From IMG/VR virus record IMGVR_UViG_3300042446_001322: 64,000 nt of DNA; one strand, written 5' to 3'. The position numbers and the translations under genes were made by a program. Origin of the DNA: an uncultured virus (IMG/VR IMGVR_UViG_3300042446_001322). Lineage: Duplodnaviria > Heunggongvirae > Uroviricota > Caudoviricetes. The notes beneath the pieces were generated by a model. It saw only the letters and a list, made by a program, of their open reading frames with translations, was not told the origin of the DNA and did not search any database. This document shows positions 55,166 through 64,000 of the stretch, one piece after another. Positions within the stretch are counted from its first letter, which is position 1; each line of letters opens with the position of its first letter.

Positions 55166-58138
55166 ATGTACTTTAAAGTAAAAATAACTAAGGGATTACC
55201 ACAAGCAAAATCAGGAGGTTTTACAGGTAACAATTTAAATAAACAAGTAATTAGTTTTGGTGGTGCTGATATGAATGCTGCATCAAGACATCTTGAAAAT
55301 ACTAGGTATCTAAAACAAGTACCAAGAGATGAAGCTAATCTAGAAGCTGAAAAAGGTGAGTCTGCATTTGGTGATATCAATGGAGATGGGTTTCCTGAAC
55401 ATATGCTTATTGGTGGAAAAAGACATAGTAATGGGGGAACTCCTTTAAATTTGCCTGATGGTACATTTATCTTTAGTGATACTGCATCTATGAAAATTAA
55501 AGATCCAAAAATACTTGCTAAATTTGGTAAAAAAACTGGTTCTTTTACTCCTGCTGAATTAGCTAAACCATATGATATTAATAAGTATAGAAAGATACTA
55601 GAAGATCCTAACTCAGATAAAGTAGATAAAAAGTCTGCTGAGTTAATGATTAAAAATATTAATATGAAACTTGGTGCATTAGCTCTTGCACAAGAAAGTA
55701 AAAAAGGATTCCCACAAGGTATACCTGAAGTAGCTAAACCATATATGGAAGCAATGGGTATAAAAGAAGAAGACTTGATGCCACAAAAACCACAAGCAGA
55801 AGCACAGGTTAATAGTCAAGCAATGCAAAACCCATATGAAAATCAAGGTATGGGTATGCAATCTCCTGAAGAAGAATCTGTAGAACAAGTTCAAGGTATG
55901 CAAAATTCTCAAGAAGAGTCTATGGAATCTCCAATGGGAAGATATGGCTTTCAAATGGGTAGAAGATTGAGAGTTGCTCAAGAAGGAATGCAACAAGGTC
56001 AACCTTCTCCTGAAGAAATGGCAATGATGCAACAACAAGGAGCACCACAACAACAAGGTGGGGCTGATCCTCTTGCACAAATGGTACAACAAGTTCAACA
56101 AATGTTACAACAAGGTGTACAACCTGCAGATGTAGTAATGCAATTGTTACAAAAACAAGTTCCACCTCAAGCAATAATGCAAATACTTGTACAAGTAGGT
56201 ATGCCTCAAGAAGAAGCACAGGCTACTATTCAACAAGTAATGGAACAAGGACAACAAAATCCTCAAGAGGAAATGATGGAAGCTCCTATGGCTCAATATG
56301 GAATGAGTATGGGTGGTTATGACATGCCGTTTCATGATACACAATATAGAAATGGTGGTTCAATAAATAGATTTCAAGGAGGTGGTTCAACATATAGTAT
56401 TCCAAAAGATGCACTTGTAATTGATAGAAGTAAATATAAAACTGATGCAGAATATGAAATAGGAAGAAATTTAGAATTTGCTAAAGCAGGTACTAAACCA
56501 GTTTATATATTATATCCAGATGGAAAATATAAAAAAGTAACACAAAAAACTAAAGCAAAAGATCCATATACAGGTACTGATTTAGGACCTACTTTTAATA
56601 ACTCAGCTGATGCAGCAATACAGTTTAGAGAAATGGGTAAATCCATTAATACTCCTGAATTTACAAATTTACTTGCAGATTATACCCTTAAAGCTATTAA
56701 GGATGAGTCCAAATATATAGGTAAATCTGGTAAACGTAGTAAAGCATTTGATGATTTTAGTAAAGAAAACTTTACTCCTGAGCAAATTAGAAATGCTTTT
56801 ATGCAACATCAAAAAAGAAATATTGCATTACAAGCAAATGGTATACAAGCAAGATATTTTGAAGATGCACCAACTGGTAGATTATTAACTCCTGAACAAA
56901 TTGTTTCTAAAAAAATAATGGATAAAGGTAAACCAGTAACATTAGCTCAAGCAAAAGAAGTTGTTAAAAAATATAAAGAAAATGACATTACTGATTTAAA
57001 TAAAGCATTTATTAAAGTTGGGATCCCATTGGAAAATACAGCATTAGAACAAGCTACTTTTCAAGGATTTACTGATGCATTAAAAAATAAAGCAAATTTA
57101 ACACCTGAACAACAAAAAACATTAGAAAACTGGGGAGAATATGAATCAGGAGCAGCAGATGAAACCGGTCAATTAAATAATCAAATATCTCCTATTGATA
57201 GAGTATATACTAATACTACAGGTGAACAGTTATCTGAATATAATTTACCAACTGAATATGATTATACTGAAGATGATGTAGAACCAATAGACCGTACTGT
57301 TGATACAACAGAAGAAGAAACAATATATCCTCCAACAATGCCAGCTAAACCATGGGCACAAGATAAATTAAATAGACTTAATGCTGGATTAGATTATTTT
57401 AGTGCTGAAAAATATTTACCATGGGCAGCTAGTTATAATCCTGAAATGTTAGATCCTACTTTCTATGATCCTACTAGAGAATTAGCAGCACAATCTGAAC
57501 AAGCAAATATAACTAATCAAGCATTAGGACAATTTATGGGTGCACAAGATTTATCTTCTAGAGCAGCATCTATTCAAGGTCAAGGAGCTAAACAAGCAGC
57601 AGATACATTAGGAAGATATAATAATCTTAATGTAGGTGTAGCAAATCAATTTGCTGGTAATAATGCACAAATAAGAAATGAAGCTCAAAGATATAATCAA
57701 GCACAAAATAAACAGTTATATGATCAAAATGTAATTGCTAATCAACAATTTGATAATAGTAAACGTGCACTAAGACATAACTTAGGAGATGCAGAAAATA
57801 CATTACTTACTAATATGTATAAAACTGATGCATTAAATCAACAGTTTCCACAATATGCAATTGATCCTAGTACAGGTGGTAAAATGTATTTTACAAGACC
57901 AAAAGCTCCAAAACCTACTACATATCAAGATGATTTAGATTATGCTGATAAAATACAAAATTCAAATTTAGATCCTAAATTAAAAGAAATATTATTAACT
58001 CAGCATTTAAAAAGTTCACGTGGTAATGTTGCTAACACAGATGCAGAATCAGTACTTGCACAATATCAAAAGAAAGGTGGTACTACTCAAATGGCATATG
58101 TAATGGGGTCTAATGTTTTTCCTTTTATGTTTACATAA
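55166..58138 (+). CDS. Cargo-like virion protein
   Basis: ANLEAEKGE...GKRHSNGG...FIFSD domain, Q/M-rich helical block, N/Q-rich coiled C-terminus. Confidence 0.6.
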   Translation: MYFKVKITKGLPQAKSGGFTGNNLNKQVISFGGADMNAASRHLENTRYLKQVPRDEANLEAEKGESAFGDINGDGFPEHMLIGGKRHSNGGTPLNLPDGTFIFSDTASMKIKDPKILAKFGKKTGSFTPAELAKPYDINKYRKILEDPNSDKVDKKSAELMIKNINMKLGALALAQESKKGFPQGIPEVAKPYMEAMGIKEEDLMPQKPQAEAQVNSQAMQNPYENQGMGMQSPEEESVEQVQGMQNSQEESMESPMGRYGFQMGRRLRVAQEGMQQGQPSPEEMAMMQQQGAPQQQGGADPLAQMVQQVQQMLQQGVQPADVVMQLLQKQVPPQAIMQILVQVGMPQEEAQATIQQVMEQGQQNPQEEMMEAPMAQYGMSMGGYDMPFHDTQYRNGGSINRFQGGGSTYSIPKDALVIDRSKYKTDAEYEIGRNLEFAKAGTKPVYILYPDGKYKKVTQKTKAKDPYTGTDLGPTFNNSADAAIQFREMGKSINTPEFTNLLADYTLKAIKDESKYIGKSGKRSKAFDDFSKENFTPEQIRNAFMQHQKRNIALQANGIQARYFEDAPTGRLLTPEQIVSKKIMDKGKPVTLAQAKEVVKKYKENDITDLNKAFIKVGIPLENTALEQATFQGFTDALKNKANLTPEQQKTLENWGEYESGAADETGQLNNQISPIDRVYTNTTGEQLSEYNLPTEYDYTEDDVEPIDRTVDTTEEETIYPPTMPAKPWAQDKLNRLNAGLDYFSAEKYLPWAASYNPEMLDPTFYDPTRELAAQSEQANITNQALGQFMGAQDLSSRAASIQGQGAKQAADTLGRYNNLNVGVANQFAGNNAQIRNEAQRYNQAQNKQLYDQNVIANQQFDNSKRALRHNLGDAENTLLTNMYKTDALNQQFPQYAIDPSTGGKMYFTRPKAPKPTTYQDDLDYADKIQNSNLDPKLKEILLTQHLKSSRGNVANTDAESVLAQYQKKGGTTQMAYVMGSNVFPFMFT

Positions 58139-58180
58139 ACTTTATAGGTTTAGTAAACTTATAAAATTTTAATATATTTA
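58136..58180 (+). promoter_or_regulatory. Operator-like TAAAC-N7-GTTTA (58136-58152), second TAAAC at 58154, TATATTTA box (58173-58180)
   Basis: taaactttataggttta. Confidence 0.55.
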
Positions 58181-58203
58181 CAATATAGATTAATACTAAT
58201 AAT

Positions 58204-61191
58204 ATGAGTACTTACATAAGTGGTGTCACTGATTTTATTCCTCAATTTCAACCTTTTCAACCTGATTTAAACTTTTATGCAAATGCATTGCAAACAAAGC
58301 AGAATCAGTATGATACAAACTATAAAGCATTAAATAATGTTTATGGTCAATATTTCTATGCAGATTTAACTCATGGGGATAATCTTAAAAAGAAAGATGA
58401 ATTACTTAAAGCAATTGACTTTAATTTAAAACGTGTCTCTGGTTTAGATTTATCATTAGAGCAAAATGTTGATCAAGCTACTCAAGTATTTAAACCATTT
58501 TATCAAGATAAATATCTTATGAGAGATATGGCTTGGACTAAAAATAAAAATAGTGAGAGAGAATATGGCCTTGGTTTAAAGAATAATAGAGATGAAAAAC
58601 AAGGAAAGAAATATTGGGAAGAAGGTATAAGATTTTTAGATTATAAAACTGAAGAGTTTAAAAATGGATCACTTGAAGATACAATGAATATGGGAAATGC
58701 AACATATACTCCTTATGTCAATGTAATTGAAAAAGCTCAAAAAATTGCTAAAGATCAAGGTTTTCATGTTGAAAGTGTAGATACTAGTCCAGATGGTAAA
58801 TGGATGATTACTACTACAAACGGTAAACAAATATTACCTCAATTAAAATATTTACTTGAAGCACAACTTGGATCTGATCCTGGTGTTATTGATGTATATA
58901 GAACTCAAGCATATGTAAATAGAAAAGATTATGCATATTCTAATGCAGCTCAATTTAATGGGGATAAGAATGCTGCTGAAATGAAATATCTTTCAGATAA
59001 TTATACTATACTTAAGGCAGAAAATGATGCAAGAAAAAAACAACTAGAAAAAAATAGCCAAGTATATGATAATAAAGCAAAACAAGTTACTCAAGCTATA
59101 GAAAGTGGATCATCTACCCCAGATACAGAATCATATCTTGAAAGAATAAGTCATGCAACTGCTGTTAATTCAGCTGTACTTGCAACTACTGATGCTACTG
59201 TGTCAGCTTTATCAACTAGTACTGGAACATTAACTACATCTACAGGATTCACAAATCCATATGGAGATATTGAATCTTTAAGAAATAAAATTGATAATGG
59301 AATGGCATCTAAATTGATGCAAAAAGATTTAAGTGAAGCAGCAGATATCTTTGTATCATTAAACGCTAAACAAAAAGTAGATGCAAATCCATTTGCTATT
59401 CAAGAAATAGCTCATAACTATAGAATGCAAGAAACTGCATTAAGAAATCAAGGTACAATGCAAGCAGCATTGTTAAGAAATCAATCAGATAGAGAAATTG
59501 CTAATGATAAAGTTCTTTATGATACTGGAGCTTATGTACCAGATCAAGAAAAATATGTAATGGGTCCTAATGGTGAACAAATGTTAAATCCAAATTTTAA
59601 CAGACCTGTACTTATGGAAGGAGCAGATGAAATTTCTGTTGAAAAAGTTGGTTCTGGATCAACTGGAATAGTTAATGTTCAAGATGTTGTAAATAATCAA
59701 TCAACTAAAGCTGCAAAAGATATAGTTGAACCATATATGAATAACATGTTTGCATCAATGTCAGAATTATGGGATAAAAATTTATTATCAGCTGAAGATA
59801 GAGATATGATTCTTGGTAAAGGAAGTAGTATTGTAGAATTTAATAAAAAATATCAAGAAAATCCTGCTGCATATATTAAAAGTATGGGAGCTCAAAAACT
59901 TAAATCAATTTCAGCTGCTTTTCAAAAATATTTAACAGATAATAATAATGTTGGTATTAATGATATTGATATAACAATAGATAAAATGTCAAAACTTAAT
60001 ACTAATGTAAATGATTATGTAAGATATAAAGAAGATGTTACAGATTGGAAATTAAAAAGTGTTCCTCTTGTTAAAGAGCATGTAGCTAAAAATAATCCTG
60101 CTCTTAAAGACTATTTAAAAGATATATTTGATAAAAATGGTAATTTAATTAGTGAAAATGCATTTAATAAAAAATATAATTTAGCATCTGCAAATAAAGA
60201 AGCTCTAAAAGGATATATACAATATCAAACAACAAATCCTAAATCAAGTGGAATCATAACACAAAGTACAATAGATAGAGTTCAAGGATTTGATATATAT
60301 AATAAAATTAAAGAAGCTGTTCATGAAGCATATGGTTCTTCACAAGTAAATTCAAAAGTTCCATCAGGATTTAATCCATTAGGTGCTAATATTAAAGGAG
60401 CAGGATTAAGTGTTGAAAGAAATATAATGAATGTACATGGTGGTGCTTATTTAACTACAAATGCTCAATATTGGAATCAAACTAAAAAAGATATAAGCAG
60501 TATGGATTTTGGTGATAGCAAATCAGTACAAACTTCATTTAGTGGACCAGTTTTAGGTGTTAATGGAACTAAAAATCAAACAGCTAAAGCATTACTTGAT
60601 GCTTATATTGCACATGTTAATAAAAAAGAAAATAAAGCAACAGGGTTTAAAGTTGGTTCACAAATGATTGCAGCTGGAGATTACACAAAAGGTGCAATGA
60701 TATTTTATCCAGATAAAGCATTTTTAAAAGAATATACAGGTGCAAAAGTAAAAAATGAAAATGATGAATGGGTTATGTCAAATTTAATAACTCCACAAGA
60801 AGAACAAGAAATTTTAAAAAATGGTATATCAGTTATATCTAATGTAAATAATTTTCAAAATGGACTTATGAAATCTTCTTATATGAGCCCTTTACAAGCG
60901 TCAATTGCATATAATAAAGAAAAAGGAGTTACTATAGTAGATGCAAAAGATAAAACAGGTTATAATACTTTGAATATTAGAGTTGATGAATTTAATACTG
61001 GAGATTATATATATACTCAAACTTATTCAGTATATGATCCTAATACTAAAAGTTTAATAAAATCAAAACCATATACTGTTTCATCTGTTAATACTGGAAA
61101 CAATGTTGATGCCGTAAGAGATAATATGATGGTAAAATGGGATATGCAAAGAATTCAAAATAATGAATTATTTAATAATGTAAGTAGATAA
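58204..61191 (+). CDS. Large putative ejected/cargo virion protein
   Basis: 995 aa; FQPFQPD...KQNQYD N-terminus; sits before the giant ORF as in crAss-like phages. Confidence 0.6.
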   Translation: MSTYISGVTDFIPQFQPFQPDLNFYANALQTKQNQYDTNYKALNNVYGQYFYADLTHGDNLKKKDELLKAIDFNLKRVSGLDLSLEQNVDQATQVFKPFYQDKYLMRDMAWTKNKNSEREYGLGLKNNRDEKQGKKYWEEGIRFLDYKTEEFKNGSLEDTMNMGNATYTPYVNVIEKAQKIAKDQGFHVESVDTSPDGKWMITTTNGKQILPQLKYLLEAQLGSDPGVIDVYRTQAYVNRKDYAYSNAAQFNGDKNAAEMKYLSDNYTILKAENDARKKQLEKNSQVYDNKAKQVTQAIESGSSTPDTESYLERISHATAVNSAVLATTDATVSALSTSTGTLTTSTGFTNPYGDIESLRNKIDNGMASKLMQKDLSEAADIFVSLNAKQKVDANPFAIQEIAHNYRMQETALRNQGTMQAALLRNQSDREIANDKVLYDTGAYVPDQEKYVMGPNGEQMLNPNFNRPVLMEGADEISVEKVGSGSTGIVNVQDVVNNQSTKAAKDIVEPYMNNMFASMSELWDKNLLSAEDRDMILGKGSSIVEFNKKYQENPAAYIKSMGAQKLKSISAAFQKYLTDNNNVGINDIDITIDKMSKLNTNVNDYVRYKEDVTDWKLKSVPLVKEHVAKNNPALKDYLKDIFDKNGNLISENAFNKKYNLASANKEALKGYIQYQTTNPKSSGIITQSTIDRVQGFDIYNKIKEAVHEAYGSSQVNSKVPSGFNPLGANIKGAGLSVERNIMNVHGGAYLTTNAQYWNQTKKDISSMDFGDSKSVQTSFSGPVLGVNGTKNQTAKALLDAYIAHVNKKENKATGFKVGSQMIAAGDYTKGAMIFYPDKAFLKEYTGAKVKNENDEWVMSNLITPQEEQEILKNGISVISNVNNFQNGLMKSSYMSPLQASIAYNKEKGVTIVDAKDKTGYNTLNIRVDEFNTGDYIYTQTYSVYDPNTKSLIKSKPYTVSSVNTGNNVDAVRDNMMVKWDMQRIQNNELFNNVSR

Positions 61192-64000
61192 TGGAAAATA
61201 CTTTTAGCCCTTTAGATCCACTTGGACCAGAATTTGGTAAAGTTCAAGGACCTGCAATTAATGCACAAAGTTTATCTCCATTTGAAGGTGATGTATTAAA
61301 AGAAAATAAAATTGATTTTTTTCCTATTGCACATGATTTTAGTATTGCTGCACATCCTAAATATCCTGTACAAGATGTTGTAACTGGGCGTAGTCCAAAT
61401 AGACCAGGTTATCAAAATCCAAATAAAAATCTTACAGCACAACAACGTGCAGATGCATGGGCAGCTGATAGTGAGATGATGATCAGATCACATAATGATA
61501 AAAATACATATGCAAAAATGAATATGTATAATGCTGGTCCATCTGGTAATTCATTTTATAAAAGATATGCAGCTTTTGGTGAGAAAAAATTTAATGAATT
61601 AGGTTTTTCTCCAATGAGAGATAATGAAGCAATATATAATGCTAATACAACTTGGGGAGAAAGAGCATCAAGAATGATGAAAAATTCATTTTTACCTTTA
61701 CTAGGTAGAGGATTTGTATCTGGTCCAAAGAGTTTATTTAAAATGATGCAAGGTGATTTTAGTTCTGATCTTGAAGATGCAAGAGCATATGAAGAAGCTG
61801 CAGCTATAGGTCAAGATACATCAGGAGGTTTTGGAGCATTCTTTACTAATACTTCAATGAGTTTTGCATATACTGCGGGTATTATTGGTGAAGCAATTGT
61901 TGAAGAAGTTGCAGGTGCTTTACTTGCTCCTGTTACTTTTGGTGGTTCTTTTTTTGCTGCTACTGCTAACAATTTAAGAAAAGTTGGTAAACTTGGTGAT
62001 GCTGTTGATTTAGCTGTTGATGGATATAGAGCTGTTAATACTACACTTAAAGAAGCAAATAGTATCAATGGTGCTAGAAAAATGTGGAAAGGAGCAGAAA
62101 CTTTTGGCAATAATAAACTTGTTAAATTTTTAAATCCACTTGAAAATACATATAGTGCAGTTATGGGCATTGGTAAAAATGCAGATAACTTAACAGGTCT
62201 TGCAAGATTATCACGTGAAACTAGTAAAACAGCAGGTGGTTTATTCAGAGATGTAAGAAATATTAATATGGCATTATCAGAAGCCCGTCTAGAAGGTGGT
62301 ATGAATGATAATAAAGTATATGATGAATTATATGATGAATACTACAGAAAGAATGAAAGAGCTCCAAGTGATGAAGAGCAATATGAAATGACTAAAACTG
62401 CAAAAGCATCTGGTATAAATACATTGATGTGGAATACTGCATTAATATTTGCATCAAATAAAATTGTACTTCCTAACTTAATGAAATCCGGTGCAGGTAA
62501 AAATGCAATTGGTAATAAGTTAGATGATGTATTAACCATGAAAGATGGTAAAGTTGTACTTGAAAAAAAATTTGATGCAGGTAAAAAAATTGCAAAAGGT
62601 GAATTTACATATGTTGCTAATTCATTTAAAAACTCACTTAAAGGATTTAAAGCTGCTCCAATTAGAACTACTGCTAAAGTAGCTGGAACATATCTAAAAG
62701 GTAATTTACTTGAAGGTGTTCAAGAAAACTTACAAGATGTTATATCAGTAGCTAATGAAGAATACTATATTAATTCATATAAGAATAAAGAATTAGGTGC
62801 TCACTTATATAATAAATCACAAAGTTCATTAATGCTAGATGGATTAAAAAATCAATTCTCATCACAGGGATTTGAAACATTTGCTTCAGGTGCATTAATG
62901 GGTTTATTTTCTGGTGGATTAAACTTAATTAAAGGAGGTTTAGATGCAGGTTATAATAATATATTTAATAAAGAAGAATATAATACATATAAAGCAGAAA
63001 GAAAAACACATGGTGAAAATGTAGCAAAACAATTAACTGCATTGTATAATGACCCTAATGAATTCTTTGACCCAAAGTTATTTAATTATGGTAATCAAAA
63101 TAATGTTGTAGCAAATACAGAAGATGCAGATACTAAAGATAAAAAAGATGATTTGCGTGATGCATTCATGAGTCAAGTATGGACATCATTAAGTTCTAAT
63201 ACACTTAATTATTTTAAAGATCATATCTCTTCATTTAAAGATGTAACACCAGAAGAGTTTGAAGATGCATTTGGATTTGAAAAAGGTACTGGTATTGAAA
63301 GACAAGGTAAAATTGATACTATTATATCTAAGATAGATGATGTTAAAAAAACATATGATTATGCAAGTGATAGATTTCCTAATCCAATTGACTTAAGTAA
63401 ATATGATAAAGCTTTACCTGAATATAGAGAAGCAGCATTACTTAGTAGAGCTTGGAATGAAGGGGTAAGGCAATATGTTTTTTCAAACCATAAATATATG
63501 GACAATGTTGATAGAATGGTAAGTATTTCTGGTACCATTCTAGATAATCCATCTATGAAAAAGATGTCTCAAACAGACATGCAAATGATACTTCAACCTT
63601 CAAAAATAAATGATGAAGTACAATTACTTAAATCAGAAATAGAAGGGCTTAGTCAATTAACTGATTCTAAGTCTAAAGCAGAATTATTAAAAAAACAAAA
63701 TAAAGTAACAGCTTTAGAAGAATATGCATCTGCACATAATATGCATGAAGCATACTATAACAGTTCTACAAGAGATCAGTTTATTAATGATTTATTTGAA
63801 GAAGTAAAAAAACAACAAGGTGTTGCAGAATTAACAGAAGATGATAAAAAACAAATACTTGAGATTCAAGAAAATGCAGTTGATAATGATTTAGAATTAG
63901 CATATAAAAACTTTTTAAAAGTTGCAAATGGCATTGATTCATCTTATATATTTGATACTGATGTTGATGAAAGTTTTAGTAAGCTTAAAGATCATTATAA
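61191..64000 (+). CDS. Giant virion protein, 5' part only (by synteny possibly the virion RNA polymerase-containing protein); not in ORF track
   Basis: ATG 61191 overlaps the previous TAA; frame appears open to the window end; Gly/Ala-rich hydrophobic helices; no DxDxD polymerase motif seen in this part. Confidence 0.7.
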   Translation, partial: MENTFSPLDPLGPEFGKVQGPAINAQSLSPFEGDVLKENKIDFFPIAHDFSIAAHPKYPVQDVVTGRSPNRPGYQNPNKNLTAQQRADAWAADSEMMIRSHNDKNTYAKMNMYNAGPSGNSFYKRYAAFGEKKFNELGFSPMRDNEAIYNANTTWGERASRMMKNSFLPLLGRGFVSGPKSLFKMMQGDFSSDLEDARAYEEAAAIGQDTSGGFGAFFTNTSMSFAYTAGIIGEAIVEEVAGALLAPVTFGGSFFAATANNLRKVGKLGDAVDLAVDGYRAVNTTLKEANSINGARKMWKGAETFGNNKLVKFLNPLENTYSAVMGIGKNADNLTGLARLSRETSKTAGGLFRDVRNINMALSEARLEGGMNDNKVYDELYDEYYRKNERAPSDEEQYEMTKTAKASGINTLMWNTALIFASNKIVLPNLMKSGAGKNAIGNKLDDVLTMKDGKVVLEKKFDAGKKIAKGEFTYVANSFKNSLKGFKAAPIRTTAKVAGTYLKGNLLEGVQENLQDVISVANEEYYINSYKNKELGAHLYNKSQSSLMLDGLKNQFSSQGFETFASGALMGLFSGGLNLIKGGLDAGYNNIFNKEEYNTYKAERKTHGENVAKQLTALYNDPNEFFDPKLFNYGNQNNVVANTEDADTKDKKDDLRDAFMSQVWTSLSSNTLNYFKDHISSFKDVTPEEFEDAFGFEKGTGIERQGKIDTIISKIDDVKKTYDYASDRFPNPIDLSKYDKALPEYREAALLSRAWNEGVRQYVFSNHKYMDNVDRMVSISGTILDNPSMKKMSQTDMQMILQPSKINDEVQLLKSEIEGLSQLTDSKSKAELLKKQNKVTALEEYASAHNMHEAYYNSSTRDQFINDLFEEVKKQQGVAELTEDDKKQILEIQENAVDNDLELAYKNFLKVANGIDSSYIFDTDVDESFSKLKDHY

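Noticed and set aside
1809..62539. Minus-strand and nested alternative-frame ORFs in the track (e.g. 10850-11269, 31934-32311, 55679-56101, 61811-62170)
   Set aside because: They overlap well-supported + strand genes and read as shadow translations
1..64000. Genome-wide stop-codon reassignment (TAG or TGA) as in some crAss-like phages
   Set aside because: Long genes are intact in code 11; TAG (18859, 31480, 32204) and TGA/ATGA overlaps end genes right before the next start

Overview
An AT-rich, almost entirely + strand 64 kb segment of a tailed phage with crAss-like (Crassvirales-type) gene order, probably infecting Bacteroidota. The host inference rests on TAnnTTTG promoter boxes and A-rich start regions without Shine-Dalgarno sequences. 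Gene order: small accessory genes with ORF-less mini-transcripts (1-1.9 kb); a mosaic array of fibre/receptor-binding genes, most paired with a small partner gene (1.9-16.1 kb); lysis/cell-wall enzymes (16.1-18.5 kb); wHTH/HU/nuclease genes, terminase, portal, scaffold and major capsid (18.6-30.6 kb); a cluster of very basic small proteins (30.7-33.4 kb); ring, ferritin-like, Cys-rich, tail and muzzle genes (33.4-49.9 kb); large cargo proteins ending in a truncated giant ORF (49.9-64 kb). Best hidden signals: (1) about 30 copies of a [M/F/Y/A]-x-x-G-G motif that divide the basic and cargo proteins into modules, suggesting a double-glycine processing or packaging code; (2) a 3'-UTR hairpin whose loop is complementary to an AAACCAACA box just upstream of three structural-gene start codons, plus three promoter-hairpin-terminator small-RNA candidates; (3) a TAAAY-N7-GTTTA inverted repeat in five promoter regions, with a candidate wHTH regulator. 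All family calls come from motif recognition and synteny, not database searches.
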